Of a stretch of 64,000 nt of DNA, positions 9,074-19,116 are shown in pieces. Below the pieces are notes generated by a model. The model made no database searches. It was not told the origin of the DNA and saw only the letters and a program-made list of their open reading frames with translations. Position 1 is the stretch's first letter. Each line of letters begins with the position of its first letter. Source of the stretch: a virus; the IMG/VR virus record IMGVR_UViG_3300022602_004075, positions 4,750 through 68,749 of that record; one strand, 5' to 3'. The position numbers and the translations under genes were made by a program.

Positions 9074-9851
9074 TGAATTTTCCTTGCATTAATTGTGTAG
9101 CCGCTTGATGTGCTGATTCTAATGGATGTGTGGCACCTACTGGGTATTTATTCTCTACTGCCCATTGGTAAAAACCTCTTGGCTGACAAGTATCTTGTGG
9201 GTCAACTCCGGCTGGAAACCAAAACCAATGGTCATGATCAATTTGATTGTGTAGTGCTTGCACATTGGCATCGCTCATGCTGTGATTGTAAAACAGCAGG
9301 TTATCTGCGCAGGTAAACATGTAAGGTATATTGTTTAATTTTAGGTAATTTTGCAAGTATACTATTTCTTTGATACTGGAATATATTTCCCATAATTCGC
9401 TACTGCCCACATGCCGATAAAATACATTGGCAAATTCAGACATGCCAGTTTCATTTGACACTCGGGTGGCTCGTCTATGATCTTCAATCACAGAATCAAT
9501 GGGATTTATAAACTCTTTGGTAACAGCATTGACGTCACCAATTCCGGTCCAGGGAGTTATAGTATACCACGGACTGTTGCGTTGACGGGTGTTGTAATCA
9601 AATCTAAATTCATAGCGTCCAGGAAAGGTCCAACTTACCAAGACTGCTAACTGTTGTTTGTCTGATTGTTCGCATCGGTTTATAACTGTACGAGCTATCG
9701 AATCGTTGCCGTATCCGGGCCAAGCTACACAATCGTATGTGTGCTCCTGTGACAGCAGGGCCGCAAAGGTACAGCGACTAGAACTGTCGTTGGTACAGTC
9801 CTGCAACTCGCTACCATAAACAAAACTGTCACCGCCGGCTACTATAATCAT
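9045..9851 (-). CDS. SGNH/GDSL-like protein
   Basis: GGDSFVYG, PGYGN, VSWT...R and C-terminal THPLESAH; similar to 8331..8975. Confidence 0.65.
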   Translation of the reverse strand: MIIVAGGDSFVYGSELQDCTNDSSSRCTFAALLSQEHTYDCVAWPGYGNDSIARTVINRCEQSDKQQLAVLVSWTFPGRYEFRFDYNTRQRNSPWYTITPWTGIGDVNAVTKEFINPIDSVIEDHRRATRVSNETGMSEFANVFYRHVGSSELWEIYSSIKEIVYLQNYLKLNNIPYMFTCADNLLFYNHSMSDANVQALHNQIDHDHWFWFPAGVDPQDTCQPRGFYQWAVENKYPVGATHPLESAHQAATQLMQGKFNELVKKSVQ

Positions 9852-10914
9852 ATCCAGGTTTCATCATATCTATTTGCATTTGTTTGTAATTGGGATCACT
9901 CCAACAATAGTCAAATTGACCTGCAACCCCATCCACTTCAATGCTGTGTATGTCCAAATGGTTGCCAAGTATGTTCCAAATTTGTTGATAATCTGTTGTG
10001 CCAAAGCTGGACTGTAGATCTATCTGACCCAAGGGCAGGTAACCCAGGCTCAACGTGGTATCACTGGGATCTCTATTGTTTTTGATCAACCACGCTTCAA
10101 ATTCTGTTTGTTCTTGATCGTGCCACGGATGCCCACCATTGCGAACAACATCATTGCCCCACTCAACATCAAACTCGCCCGAGTAATATTGCAGTTCAGT
10201 AATGGCTTCGCATACTGTGTCAGTGAGTTCGGGTGCGTGTTCATCACGGAACACTTCATATAAGGTTTTGCCTATCTGTGTCCAATGCATATAAACACCA
10301 CCCATGACACGATCGTATCCGTTGGTAAGAAATCCTTGTCTATGCGAATCTTTTAAATCATAGCGTTGTGCTTGTAGGAATGTGGTGATTTGGCTGGGTC
10401 GTACCCAGTAAGGATCTGTGGACAATTTGCGTTGACTCAAGATCAAGTTTTCCATTTCGTGGCAAATATTGTTTAGTTGACGAATAGCATACTTGGTGTT
10501 GTAGTCGGCACGTCGATACCAATCACTGAGCTCGCCCACAGTACCTTGTAGTCGTTCAAAGTGGTTGTGTAACCGGTTCATCATGTCATGATTGATGCCG
10601 TTTTCAGCATAGTCAAAGCCGACCACATTGTCAGGTGTGAACAATTCCCAAATAAAGTATTCGCTATTGAAGAAAAGATTAATGGTGCGTGTGTGATTAT
10701 TGAGCTCGTTGCAGAGATATTCCAATGTACGAGCAGTCCGCGGAAAGCCCATGAAGCAAAAGTTCTTTTCCAACAGGCGACCACTTTGTAATTCGCCTTT
10801 TAGTGCGGTGATCCAATCCCGTGCCAATTCTGTATCCGTGGCCGTAATGCTGTAGTCAACTGTGTCTGTGACATCCAACGGATTGCGTAAGATTACCTTA
10901 ACTGATTGAGTCAT
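9829..10914 (-). CDS. Hypothetical protein with His motifs (paralogue of 13190..13978)
   Basis: Likely start MTQSV at 10914. Motifs LHNHFERL, LNNICHEME, GGVYMHWTQIGK and LGYLPLGQI. Confidence 0.7.
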   Translation of the reverse strand: MTQSVKVILRNPLDVTDTVDYSITATDTELARDWITALKGELQSGRLLEKNFCFMGFPRTARTLEYLCNELNNHTRTINLFFNSEYFIWELFTPDNVVGFDYAENGINHDMMNRLHNHFERLQGTVGELSDWYRRADYNTKYAIRQLNNICHEMENLILSQRKLSTDPYWVRPSQITTFLQAQRYDLKDSHRQGFLTNGYDRVMGGVYMHWTQIGKTLYEVFRDEHAPELTDTVCEAITELQYYSGEFDVEWGNDVVRNGGHPWHDQEQTEFEAWLIKNNRDPSDTTLSLGYLPLGQIDLQSSFGTTDYQQIWNILGNHLDIHSIEVDGVAGQFDYCWSDPNYKQMQIDMMKPGYDYSSRR

Positions 10915-12190
10915 ACCATTCCAGAGCCGCAGGTCTTGCACTCATTATGTCTCTAAAAGTATACTGATCTTTTCGAATTTTTTCAAGAGTTAATATACGT
11001 TGTTTGCCACGCAGTAAACCTGCTTGATAGGTATCAGGCCATTGTTCAGCAAATGTTGGGCGAGTTTTGAGTTGGATCATGATGTCTCGCAAGGCACCTG
11101 GATCCAACTCAGCTACAATTTCGTCTACCCAAGGATGCAATATGTCTCTGGGCAATGCCAAAGGCGACATAACAATGTCTGGACTAAACGAAAATACCAC
11201 CTTTGCTAAAACGTCTACTCCGAGTTCTTTCGCGAGCGATTGTATCGCTTGTACTTCAAAGAGTCCTGGTGTAGTAAGAGTGAAGTCCATACGGACTTGG
11301 CGGCGGTGGTTGCTGTACGCAAGTCCTTCAGTGAAGTTTTTAAGCCATTCATCAAAATCAAGACCTGATCTAATATACTCTCCAATTCGGCCCGTGCCGT
11401 CGATGCTTGCGCAGATTTGCCAGTCACGTAGCCCAGAAAGAATATCCCTAAACAAGTTGATACCGCGATAATTGATGCGACTAAGATTTGTATTATACCG
11501 AGCGTAAACATTTTTTCCATCTCCAAGTTCTATGATGCGCTTCATGTACCGCCAGTGTTGCTCGTACATTAAAGGCTCACCTCCCACCCAATACACCTCT
11601 TCCACACGGTGTTCCTCAACAGCAGTAGCAAACTCTTGCTCTACCTGGGTGTCTTGAAACTTTTCTATTTCTACCTTGACTTCAGGACGCATCCAATTGT
11701 TTTTTGGATTTGTAAAGTCGATCATCTCGTGTTGTCGTTGCTCACTCTCCCAAGCACTACTCAACATGTCACCGCACATGCGGCACTTAAAATTACAAAG
11801 ATTGCTAAATCTGTAATCCCACGAAACTGGCTTCATTGTCGTGTGGCCTGTCGCATCAGTATGTTCCATGGCTTGTAAGTACTTATGCCCAAACAAACTG
11901 TTAAAATAACTCCTGTAAACGTCGGTATTTAATATACGATCGTTACATACCTCACACTCTGGTAGTGTTTCTCCTGCCATCATCCGCCGACGTACACTCT
12001 TCATGTGCTCGCCGTTCCAGTGTTCGTCCAAAGTGATTGGTATGTAACGTCCAGTACCTGCGGCTGTGTCTATGTACTGAGTAAAACTCTGCGCAGGTTC
12101 TCTGCTGGCACAGCACATGCGTCGTTCAGTTTGTGGACTTAGGTAAGTGTGTGTCCACGGTGCCATGCACAAGGTATCGGGTCGGTTCAT
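10898..12190 (-). CDS. Radical SAM protein with N-terminal Twitch-like domain (#1)
   Basis: CMAPW...MCC...CEVC, then CNFKCRMC, GGEP and YNTN. Confidence 0.9.
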   Translation of the reverse strand: MNRPDTLCMAPWTHTYLSPQTERRMCCASREPAQSFTQYIDTAAGTGRYIPITLDEHWNGEHMKSVRRRMMAGETLPECEVCNDRILNTDVYRSYFNSLFGHKYLQAMEHTDATGHTTMKPVSWDYRFSNLCNFKCRMCGDMLSSAWESEQRQHEMIDFTNPKNNWMRPEVKVEIEKFQDTQVEQEFATAVEEHRVEEVYWVGGEPLMYEQHWRYMKRIIELGDGKNVYARYNTNLSRINYRGINLFRDILSGLRDWQICASIDGTGRIGEYIRSGLDFDEWLKNFTEGLAYSNHRRQVRMDFTLTTPGLFEVQAIQSLAKELGVDVLAKVVFSFSPDIVMSPLALPRDILHPWVDEIVAELDPGALRDIMIQLKTRPTFAEQWPDTYQAGLLRGKQRILTLEKIRKDQYTFRDIMSARPAALEWYDSIS

Positions 12191-13206
12191 AGTGAAATAT
12201 TTAATTGTTTGATCATGTCAGTAAATGTTTTATAGTCCGGACTGGTGGGCAAATGCACACATTGCGATTCAAAATCATGCCAAGTTCCCCAATCCTCCAG
12301 TACCACATAATTTGGAATCATATTATAGGTTTTGCACAGTTGGGCAAAATTTGGCATGTCCAACAGATTGTTTTTTTGTATTACAAAGTTGGCAGTGACT
12401 GGAAATTGATCAAGATCTTTGAGATATTGCAAGTTCTTTATCAGTGCTTCCCAACGACCACCACGTCGGACCTGTTCGTATACAGTCTTGGATCCAGCAT
12501 CAATACTGATAAAAATATTCTTCAATTTGCTGTGCAATTGACCAAATTTCAAGGTACCATTGGTGCGTATAGTCAAACTCACATTGGTCAACGGATCAAT
12601 TTGTTCCAGCAAATACAAATAAACCGGGCTGGCAAATGGTTCCCCGTTGCTGCCCAAGGTGATATCAAACTGTTTGCTGGATTTTGAAATCCACTGCACA
12701 ATACGATCAACCCACAGTTGTTTTTCTTTGACATAGTCCGCGGATGCATCAAATATAACACGTTCACGGCAACTTGGGCAACTGAGATTACACCCATTAT
12801 CTATTCCTATGTGCAGATATATGCAATTGGTACCAGGCTGACCTTGAGCTTGTTTTTGTATACCGCAATAACGAATATCACAAAAATCAAAAGTACGATT
12901 TGTTATGGTTGATTGTATTTGTTGCAGTTGAGTAGATGCCAACACCCGATCAATCGAGTCAAAATCCAATATGTGGCCTGAAGGAAATGGCAACCAGCCA
13001 TCGCAATCACAATGAAACACACGTCCTTTGTAGTCCATGTTAATGGTGTTGAAAGGTTTATGGCAGTGATGAACTACGCCAGACTTGACTCGCGGTAGTT
13101 GATCCAGCTGTTGTTTGTATTTGATATCATGGTCCACATCGTCCCAGTTGTCAGGACGAGTTTTGATATTCCACGATCCGTGTGTGGGCTTAGTCACTGA
13201 ATTCAA
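12187..13206 (-). CDS. Radical SAM protein with variant N-terminal Cys domain (#2)
   Basis: CHKPF...CDC...CDIRYC, then CNLSCPSC, NGEPF, RTNG and ISIDA. Confidence 0.85.
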   Translation of the reverse strand: MNSVTKPTHGSWNIKTRPDNWDDVDHDIKYKQQLDQLPRVKSGVVHHCHKPFNTINMDYKGRVFHCDCDGWLPFPSGHILDFDSIDRVLASTQLQQIQSTITNRTFDFCDIRYCGIQKQAQGQPGTNCIYLHIGIDNGCNLSCPSCRERVIFDASADYVKEKQLWVDRIVQWISKSSKQFDITLGSNGEPFASPVYLYLLEQIDPLTNVSLTIRTNGTLKFGQLHSKLKNIFISIDAGSKTVYEQVRRGGRWEALIKNLQYLKDLDQFPVTANFVIQKNNLLDMPNFAQLCKTYNMIPNYVVLEDWGTWHDFESQCVHLPTSPDYKTFTDMIKQLNISL

Positions 13207-13978
13207 TCCGATCCAACTCCAGTACTGGTGCCTGGGCCACTGTTGCCAAATCGTCCAAGTTGGTCACATGACCAACCACTGGATAGCCTATATAACTGGC
13301 AATTTTTTCTTCAGTATGTTGCTGAACAAATGCCGGTGCGTGGATTTTGAATTTGTTTAGGATCTCGTCAACATTGACCTGATAAGTAAAATTGTGTATT
13401 GCAATGTTGATACCGGGCCTAACAAAATTGTGAAACTTACAGGTTTGTGGAATGTTTGTAAAATCTTGTTCCAAGTAGACCTGTAACGGTCCATGCCCGA
13501 CCCAGGGATTTTGCAATTTTACTTGACCAAATTTGAGATTGTGTTGGAATATGTCGGTGGTTGCTAATTCAAAGCCAGCATCATTGAACCATTCAATCTG
13601 TAGCCAAGCATCTCTCAATGAGTTTTGCGGACTCTGTATGATATGTAAACAGTAGTGTAACTCGTGCAACAGGTGATCCAGTTCAGCTGGCACAGAATCA
13701 AATCCATTGGCCAACAACTGTTCTATATCTTTGTGTAATAGTGCCGTAACACCAACATCGTACTGATCAAAAGTCCACTCCCACCCTAAGCATTGTTTGG
13801 CCTGCTGTGCCAACGATAACATGTAATCAACCGTGTATTTGGGCCTGTCTCTAAATATGGGAGTTTGTTGTTGATAATTTTCTTTGACCAATTGGTAATA
13901 GCTTCTGCCAAGATCGCTGGTGTCAATTGACAAATGTACCGCAGGCAAATTTTTAAATACAATATCAATCACTGACAT
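13190..13978 (-). CDS. Hypothetical protein with His motifs (paralogue of 9829..10914)
   Basis: LLHKDIEQL, LHELHYCLH, GQVKLQNPWVGH and IGYPVVGHV. Confidence 0.7.
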   Translation of the reverse strand: MSVIDIVFKNLPAVHLSIDTSDLGRSYYQLVKENYQQQTPIFRDRPKYTVDYMLSLAQQAKQCLGWEWTFDQYDVGVTALLHKDIEQLLANGFDSVPAELDHLLHELHYCLHIIQSPQNSLRDAWLQIEWFNDAGFELATTDIFQHNLKFGQVKLQNPWVGHGPLQVYLEQDFTNIPQTCKFHNFVRPGINIAIHNFTYQVNVDEILNKFKIHAPAFVQQHTEEKIASYIGYPVVGHVTNLDDLATVAQAPVLELDRIEFSD

Positions 13979-15612
13979 AACATTGCTATTTCCGGTATAA
14001 CATCAAATATATTTTCGTTGCGAATTTTGTCTAGTTTGGCAGTCCTGTCCCAGAATTCTCGTTGTACAACTTGATTGTCTTGTCCCATCATAAAATCTAT
14101 AGCCGAGGTCCACAAATCAATTTGTCGTTTTGTACCTGTGTGTGTGGTTAGCCAATCAATATGATTTAAATATTTTTGTCTGACTTGTTCTTTTGAGTAC
14201 TTGTGTGCTATATCAATTCGCAGATGTGTCGGTTGTAACAACAGATGAAATTTGATATTTTTTGCCTCTACCAGACCTTGCTCTATCCAGGACCTGTGAA
14301 AATCTGGCAAGTGCCACATGTTTAATACACTCAAGGTTGACGAAATCCCAAAACGTGCATCTGGACACACTGACATCATTTCTCGACGGTTTTGTTCTAT
14401 AGTTGACCAATCAGTACCTTTTCTCATATACTCGGCATGAGGGCCCATTGCATCTAAACTGGCATCAATGATCACAGTCTTGAACCGTTTCCATCGTTCA
14501 AATACCGGGGTTCCTTTGTATTTCAAATTGGTAAAATTGGTATTGTAATACAGTATTACATCAAATCTGTTTCGTTTTTCCAGTTCATCCAAGATCCAAT
14601 AGTGCTCGTCCATGATCAAGGGTTCTCCGCCAGCAAAATAAATGTGTTCAACAAAATCCAAATGCGGTATCAACTGTTCTTGAATATCCAATTTATGTCG
14701 ACCTGCTTTGATAACAGCAACCGGGTGTTTACTAACAAAGTTGGGTTCTAATTGAAGTTGATCTTTGTACCAGTTGCTTGATAAAGTAGGGCCACAACTG
14801 CGACAACTCAAATTACAGATATTGCTGAATCTGACATCCCATCTTATCAATTCAAATTTGTCCAAATGGCCGGTCTCTGTGGTGTTGTGTATTTTATGCA
14901 CATGATGTTTAAATTTGCCATTGGCCATTAGCCGTCCAGATTCAAGTCCGTATATTTCGCTTTCGTAACACTTGACACAGGTTGCGGACAAGTTTTCGGT
15001 CAACATGGATACACGTAATGTTTTCATTGCATCTGAATTCCATATGGTCTCCAAGGAATCTGCGTTGGAATCGCCGAGTGGTTCTGATGCTTCACAACAT
15101 GGCATGACAGAACCGTCTGGATTTATATTAAGATGCATCCACGGGTACATACAAAAAGTTTTTGATTTTGTTAAGTAATGGTGTTCTTTTTCTTCGGTAT
15201 CAGCAAATTCAACATTGACTGGTTCAATTGGCGTTTCAGTTGATGTGTAATATTCAATCAATATTGGCATGTCGTGATTGTGTTTGTCAAGCGTGTGTCT
15301 TAGCTCTTTATTGTGCTCAGTCCGATTCAACAGTAACACAACAAAAAACGTTGGTATGTCAACAGTATTGAGTACTGTCTGCAACACTTTAACACATTCA
15401 AGAGTGGTTCTGGTATTACAAATGGTTGAATCAAAAGTAAAAATTAATCTATCATTATCATCAAATTGATCGTACCGTTGCGTTAATAATTTTAATTGTT
15501 GGGTTAACACCAGCTCCATTTTAAAAAAATTGTCAGCATGTTGGTTCATATCAATGTATTCTAACACATTGTATTGTTCTGTGTATGACAGCATCAATTG
15601 ATCTTTGGTCAT
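13969..15612 (-). CDS. Radical SAM protein with Twitch-like domain and extra N-terminal domain (#3)
   Basis: CMYPW...PCC...CVKC, then CNLSCRSC, GGEP and YNTN; ~150-aa N-terminal extension. Confidence 0.9.
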   Translation of the reverse strand: MTKDQLMLSYTEQYNVLEYIDMNQHADNFFKMELVLTQQLKLLTQRYDQFDDNDRLIFTFDSTICNTRTTLECVKVLQTVLNTVDIPTFFVVLLLNRTEHNKELRHTLDKHNHDMPILIEYYTSTETPIEPVNVEFADTEEKEHHYLTKSKTFCMYPWMHLNINPDGSVMPCCEASEPLGDSNADSLETIWNSDAMKTLRVSMLTENLSATCVKCYESEIYGLESGRLMANGKFKHHVHKIHNTTETGHLDKFELIRWDVRFSNICNLSCRSCGPTLSSNWYKDQLQLEPNFVSKHPVAVIKAGRHKLDIQEQLIPHLDFVEHIYFAGGEPLIMDEHYWILDELEKRNRFDVILYYNTNFTNLKYKGTPVFERWKRFKTVIIDASLDAMGPHAEYMRKGTDWSTIEQNRREMMSVCPDARFGISSTLSVLNMWHLPDFHRSWIEQGLVEAKNIKFHLLLQPTHLRIDIAHKYSKEQVRQKYLNHIDWLTTHTGTKRQIDLWTSAIDFMMGQDNQVVQREFWDRTAKLDKIRNENIFDVIPEIAMLCQ

Positions 15613-16824
15613 TTAATATCCCATTGCTGTTGCTATTTCTGTGTGTGTATCTGCAAAGTTTTGTTTTCTGTAAGCATCAGTTTGTTGCATCTGTCGCAAA
15701 AATTCTGCGCCGTCACTGCCTGATCCCAATTCAATAAATTTGATCACATTGTCTATTTCTTGTTGATAGCGGCTGGTGGACCAGAATGTTGTTTTTAGTT
15801 TGTTCAACACCAGTTGTTTGGCCTTGGGTGTCATGTGCTGTACGTTCATGTGTTCAGGACTGTGCAACATGTTGAAATACACGCTGCCCCATGGTTTGGT
15901 ATCAGCCCAGGCCAACAGCTCGTCCAAGTAGTACACATTCTGTATATTGATAGTAAAGCATAATTGCGTTGTGATGTTGGGGCACATGTCTTTTTTGGCA
16001 AAGTGAGTGCGATCAATATTGTCATTGACTTCGGCCCACTTGGCGCCAAAACGCTCGTATTCAAAACGTTCGCCCACATTGTCAATACTGAAAGCAATGT
16101 CTACTCGACCAAATTGATTCCATAATGGCACATGTGGCAACGGACTTTGAGTACCATTGGTGTTGTAGTGTATGTCAATGTTCTGACTGTAACCTTGATC
16201 CACTGCGTATTGTAGCAGATCAAAATGTTCCTGGATCATCCAAGGTTCGCCGCCGGTGAATTCAAAATATTTGATATTGGGAATCAACTCTCGCATGTTG
16301 TCCCAAAAGGTTTTGGTTTTGCGTGGCCAAGCACCTTGCTTGAGCCAGGTATAGGCTATGTGCGACTTTTTAGGAACGTCAGCGGGCAAATAAGCCATTT
16401 CTTCCTCGGCCCATTTGCTACTGCTCCATGACCCACAAATACGACATTTGAGATTACAAATATTGCCCAGTTTCAAATCCACAAACCACAGTTGGTCAGG
16501 ATTATCGTTGGCCCAGTCAACTTGATTGTACAGGTGTTTTAGTCTCACTTGACTGTGTATACGTTTACTGTCACGACCAGCTGCCTCTTCATCCCAACAA
16601 CGTCTACAAGTTTCTGGCTTTTCACCTTGACGAAATTCTTTGCGTAACTGTTGCATATATTCGCTGTGATAAACGGTTTCCAAGTCAGTGTGATTTAAAT
16701 CATACTTGGCTCCGTACTCGTCACGTATTTCGTCGTGTGCCAAACAGCAAGGTCGTGTAGTACCCATTGGACTGGTTTCAATTGAAATCCAAGGCAACAT
16801 ACAGATAGTTGATGGTAGTGTCAT
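15613..16824 (-). CDS. Radical SAM protein with N-terminal Twitch-like domain (#4)
   Basis: CMLPW...PCC...CRRC, then CNLKCRIC, GGEP and YNTN. Confidence 0.9.
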   Translation of the reverse strand: MTLPSTICMLPWISIETSPMGTTRPCCLAHDEIRDEYGAKYDLNHTDLETVYHSEYMQQLRKEFRQGEKPETCRRCWDEEAAGRDSKRIHSQVRLKHLYNQVDWANDNPDQLWFVDLKLGNICNLKCRICGSWSSSKWAEEEMAYLPADVPKKSHIAYTWLKQGAWPRKTKTFWDNMRELIPNIKYFEFTGGEPWMIQEHFDLLQYAVDQGYSQNIDIHYNTNGTQSPLPHVPLWNQFGRVDIAFSIDNVGERFEYERFGAKWAEVNDNIDRTHFAKKDMCPNITTQLCFTINIQNVYYLDELLAWADTKPWGSVYFNMLHSPEHMNVQHMTPKAKQLVLNKLKTTFWSTSRYQQEIDNVIKFIELGSGSDGAEFLRQMQQTDAYRKQNFADTHTEIATAMGY

Positions 16825-17816
16825 ACTCGTACTCCGCAGGTGGCGTTGCAGGCAAACAGTTTGCCCTCAGGCACACTGGCACAGTTCCAGGATTGTTCTA
16901 CACGAGTAAACCACTCAATTGCAGTTTCAAGTCCGTGTTCAAGTGCGTTGTTGTGTTCCATTATTTGTTTCAGTTGAGGATTGGTTGGTTGACGATCACT
17001 GTGTCCAGGATAAAAGCCCAACCAACAGCAAGGGTACACTTCGCCATTGGCTGCCACATATACATCTGCATTTCGTTTGGCATAGCAATCGATTGAGTAG
17101 TTGCGTGTTTCATTTTGTACTGTACCCCATGGTTCAATTTTGTAATGCTCGGTATGTAGGTGTACTGTTTCAAAATCTGTAGGACCTTTGTATTTGCCAA
17201 TGGTGTGACTGAACTTGCGGTCTGGTGTAAACACCGGCATGGTGTCACGACCAGCATCTACCAAATCAAAACGATCAAAGCCCATGCTTTTGCTGAGTTC
17301 GCGAGCTGTTTCAATTTGATGTGCGTTATGATCAAACTTTATCATGGCCCACACCGCACGACCACCAGCGGCAATAAATTTCTTGGCATTGTCCAGTATG
17401 AAATTGTAGTCGGTATTTTGTCTATACAGATGATGTGTATCTGCCAGGCCATCCAGTCTAAAATACACGGTGCATCCGAGTTCGCCCAGTCTGGACCAAA
17501 TTTTAGGTTGTCCACTGGCATTGGTACTGATCTGTATCAACAGACCAGGATTGATCTCACGCAGATATTCAACTATGACCAAGCCGTCTCGGGCCGTAAC
17601 AAAGTCTCCGTAGTTGCCATTGATCAAAAAAACTGTGAGTTGACGTATAAAATCTGGCTGGAATATTTTTTTAAATTGTTCCAGTTTCATGTCTAATACC
17701 GGATAAGTATCAACAATATCCACACCACGGAAATTGCGAGGGCAGTCAGGACAAGCAGCATTACAACGTGTGCTGATTTCTAAATGAACTCCGCGTATAT
17801 CTCGATAGTTATACAT
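16821..17816 (-). CDS. Radical SAM protein with C-terminal SPASM/Twitch-like domain (#5)
   Basis: N-terminal CNAACPDC, GNYGD in place of GGEP, STNA, and C-terminal C...YPCC...CNATC. Confidence 0.88.
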   Translation of the reverse strand: MYNYRDIRGVHLEISTRCNAACPDCPRNFRGVDIVDTYPVLDMKLEQFKKIFQPDFIRQLTVFLINGNYGDFVTARDGLVIVEYLREINPGLLIQISTNASGQPKIWSRLGELGCTVYFRLDGLADTHHLYRQNTDYNFILDNAKKFIAAGGRAVWAMIKFDHNAHQIETARELSKSMGFDRFDLVDAGRDTMPVFTPDRKFSHTIGKYKGPTDFETVHLHTEHYKIEPWGTVQNETRNYSIDCYAKRNADVYVAANGEVYPCCWLGFYPGHSDRQPTNPQLKQIMEHNNALEHGLETAIEWFTRVEQSWNCASVPEGKLFACNATCGVRV

Positions 17817-19116
17817 TCTTGATATCTGTCAACTCAGGAAATACTGCAAAGAAGTCTTCTTTGCGTACTTGGTCTATTAGGTCGTTGGTCCTAAAAAAGT
17901 TAGGTAACTCGTGTGTGCTGTCGTTGGCCATCATAAAGTTGATAACTCCTTCGTAGCCAGATGTGGCACGAGTAAGTGTATCTAATGGACGTAACCATTC
18001 CAAGTGTTGCTCAATTTTGTCACGTGCTTGTTCTTTCAAGTGTTGAGGCAACACATCAACCCGATAGCGGAACGGATGCTGTAGTATATTGATGTTCCAA
18101 TCCATCGGACGTAACAGTCCCAGATCTACCCATTCACGATGGAAATCGGTGATATGCAACACATTCATCATGCTGACTGTGCTGGACACATAAAAGTCCA
18201 CGTTGGGACATATTTCAATCATGCGTTCGCGATTTTCAACTGTTTGCTTCCAGTCCTGTCCCTTGCGTATATATTCGCCGCGCTCGTAACTACCATCAAG
18301 GCTGGCTCCAACACTGACGCAATCAAACAGTTTCCACATTTCAAATACATCACGACCTTTGAACTTCATTTCACTAAAGTTGGTGTTGTAGATCAAACGC
18401 ACATGGAACATTTCACGCTTGACCAATTCGTCCAGCACTTTCCAGTGCTCTTTCATGATTAGTGGTTCTCCACCAGCCCAGTAGATCTGTTCAAGATGTG
18501 GAATATGCTCTTGCATCTGTTCCCACATGTCGTCTTCGTCTTTGCCGGCATACATGATCATTGGATGTTTTGGGTCCCATCCTGCAGCCTTTTCATCCTT
18601 GTACCAATTGCTACTAAAGATACCACCGCACGTACGGCAAGCAAAATTGCAAAGGTTACTAAAGCGGATATCATAGTAACGTAGTTTAAAATCATCATAT
18701 TGTCCATCCGGTTTGGTGTCGTCCACAATGTTGATCAAGTGTCCAAAGTTCTTGTTGGCACTTTCTCTCATGCTGAACAGCTTGGCTTTTTCTTGTTCAT
18801 AGCACTTGGTACATTCGCGACTGGGTTGTTCAGTGAGCATGTTGTGACGCATGTCTTTGAGCGGTTGTTGATTCCAAATTTCACGCATGGTGTGTGTTTT
18901 GAGATTGCCAATGGGATAGTCGGGCTCGCTTAGACAACAAGGAAAAGCACGACCATCTGGAAAGGCATGCATATGAATCCACGGAATCATACAGAACGAG
19001 TCGCTCTTGATCAAGCGATCAAGTTGATCGGGTCTTAGATCTTTTTCGTCAATGTATACTGGCTTGCGAGCGCCGTAGTTGTAATTTTTGTAATAATCGT
19101 TGATATCTTCTGCCAT
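17809..19116 (-). CDS. Radical SAM protein with N-terminal Twitch-like domain (#6)
   Basis: CMIPW...PCC...CTKC, then CNFACRTC, GGEP and YNTN. Confidence 0.9.
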   Translation of the reverse strand: MAEDINDYYKNYNYGARKPVYIDEKDLRPDQLDRLIKSDSFCMIPWIHMHAFPDGRAFPCCLSEPDYPIGNLKTHTMREIWNQQPLKDMRHNMLTEQPSRECTKCYEQEKAKLFSMRESANKNFGHLINIVDDTKPDGQYDDFKLRYYDIRFSNLCNFACRTCGGIFSSNWYKDEKAAGWDPKHPMIMYAGKDEDDMWEQMQEHIPHLEQIYWAGGEPLIMKEHWKVLDELVKREMFHVRLIYNTNFSEMKFKGRDVFEMWKLFDCVSVGASLDGSYERGEYIRKGQDWKQTVENRERMIEICPNVDFYVSSTVSMMNVLHITDFHREWVDLGLLRPMDWNINILQHPFRYRVDVLPQHLKEQARDKIEQHLEWLRPLDTLTRATSGYEGVINFMMANDSTHELPNFFRTNDLIDQVRKEDFFAVFPELTDIKNV

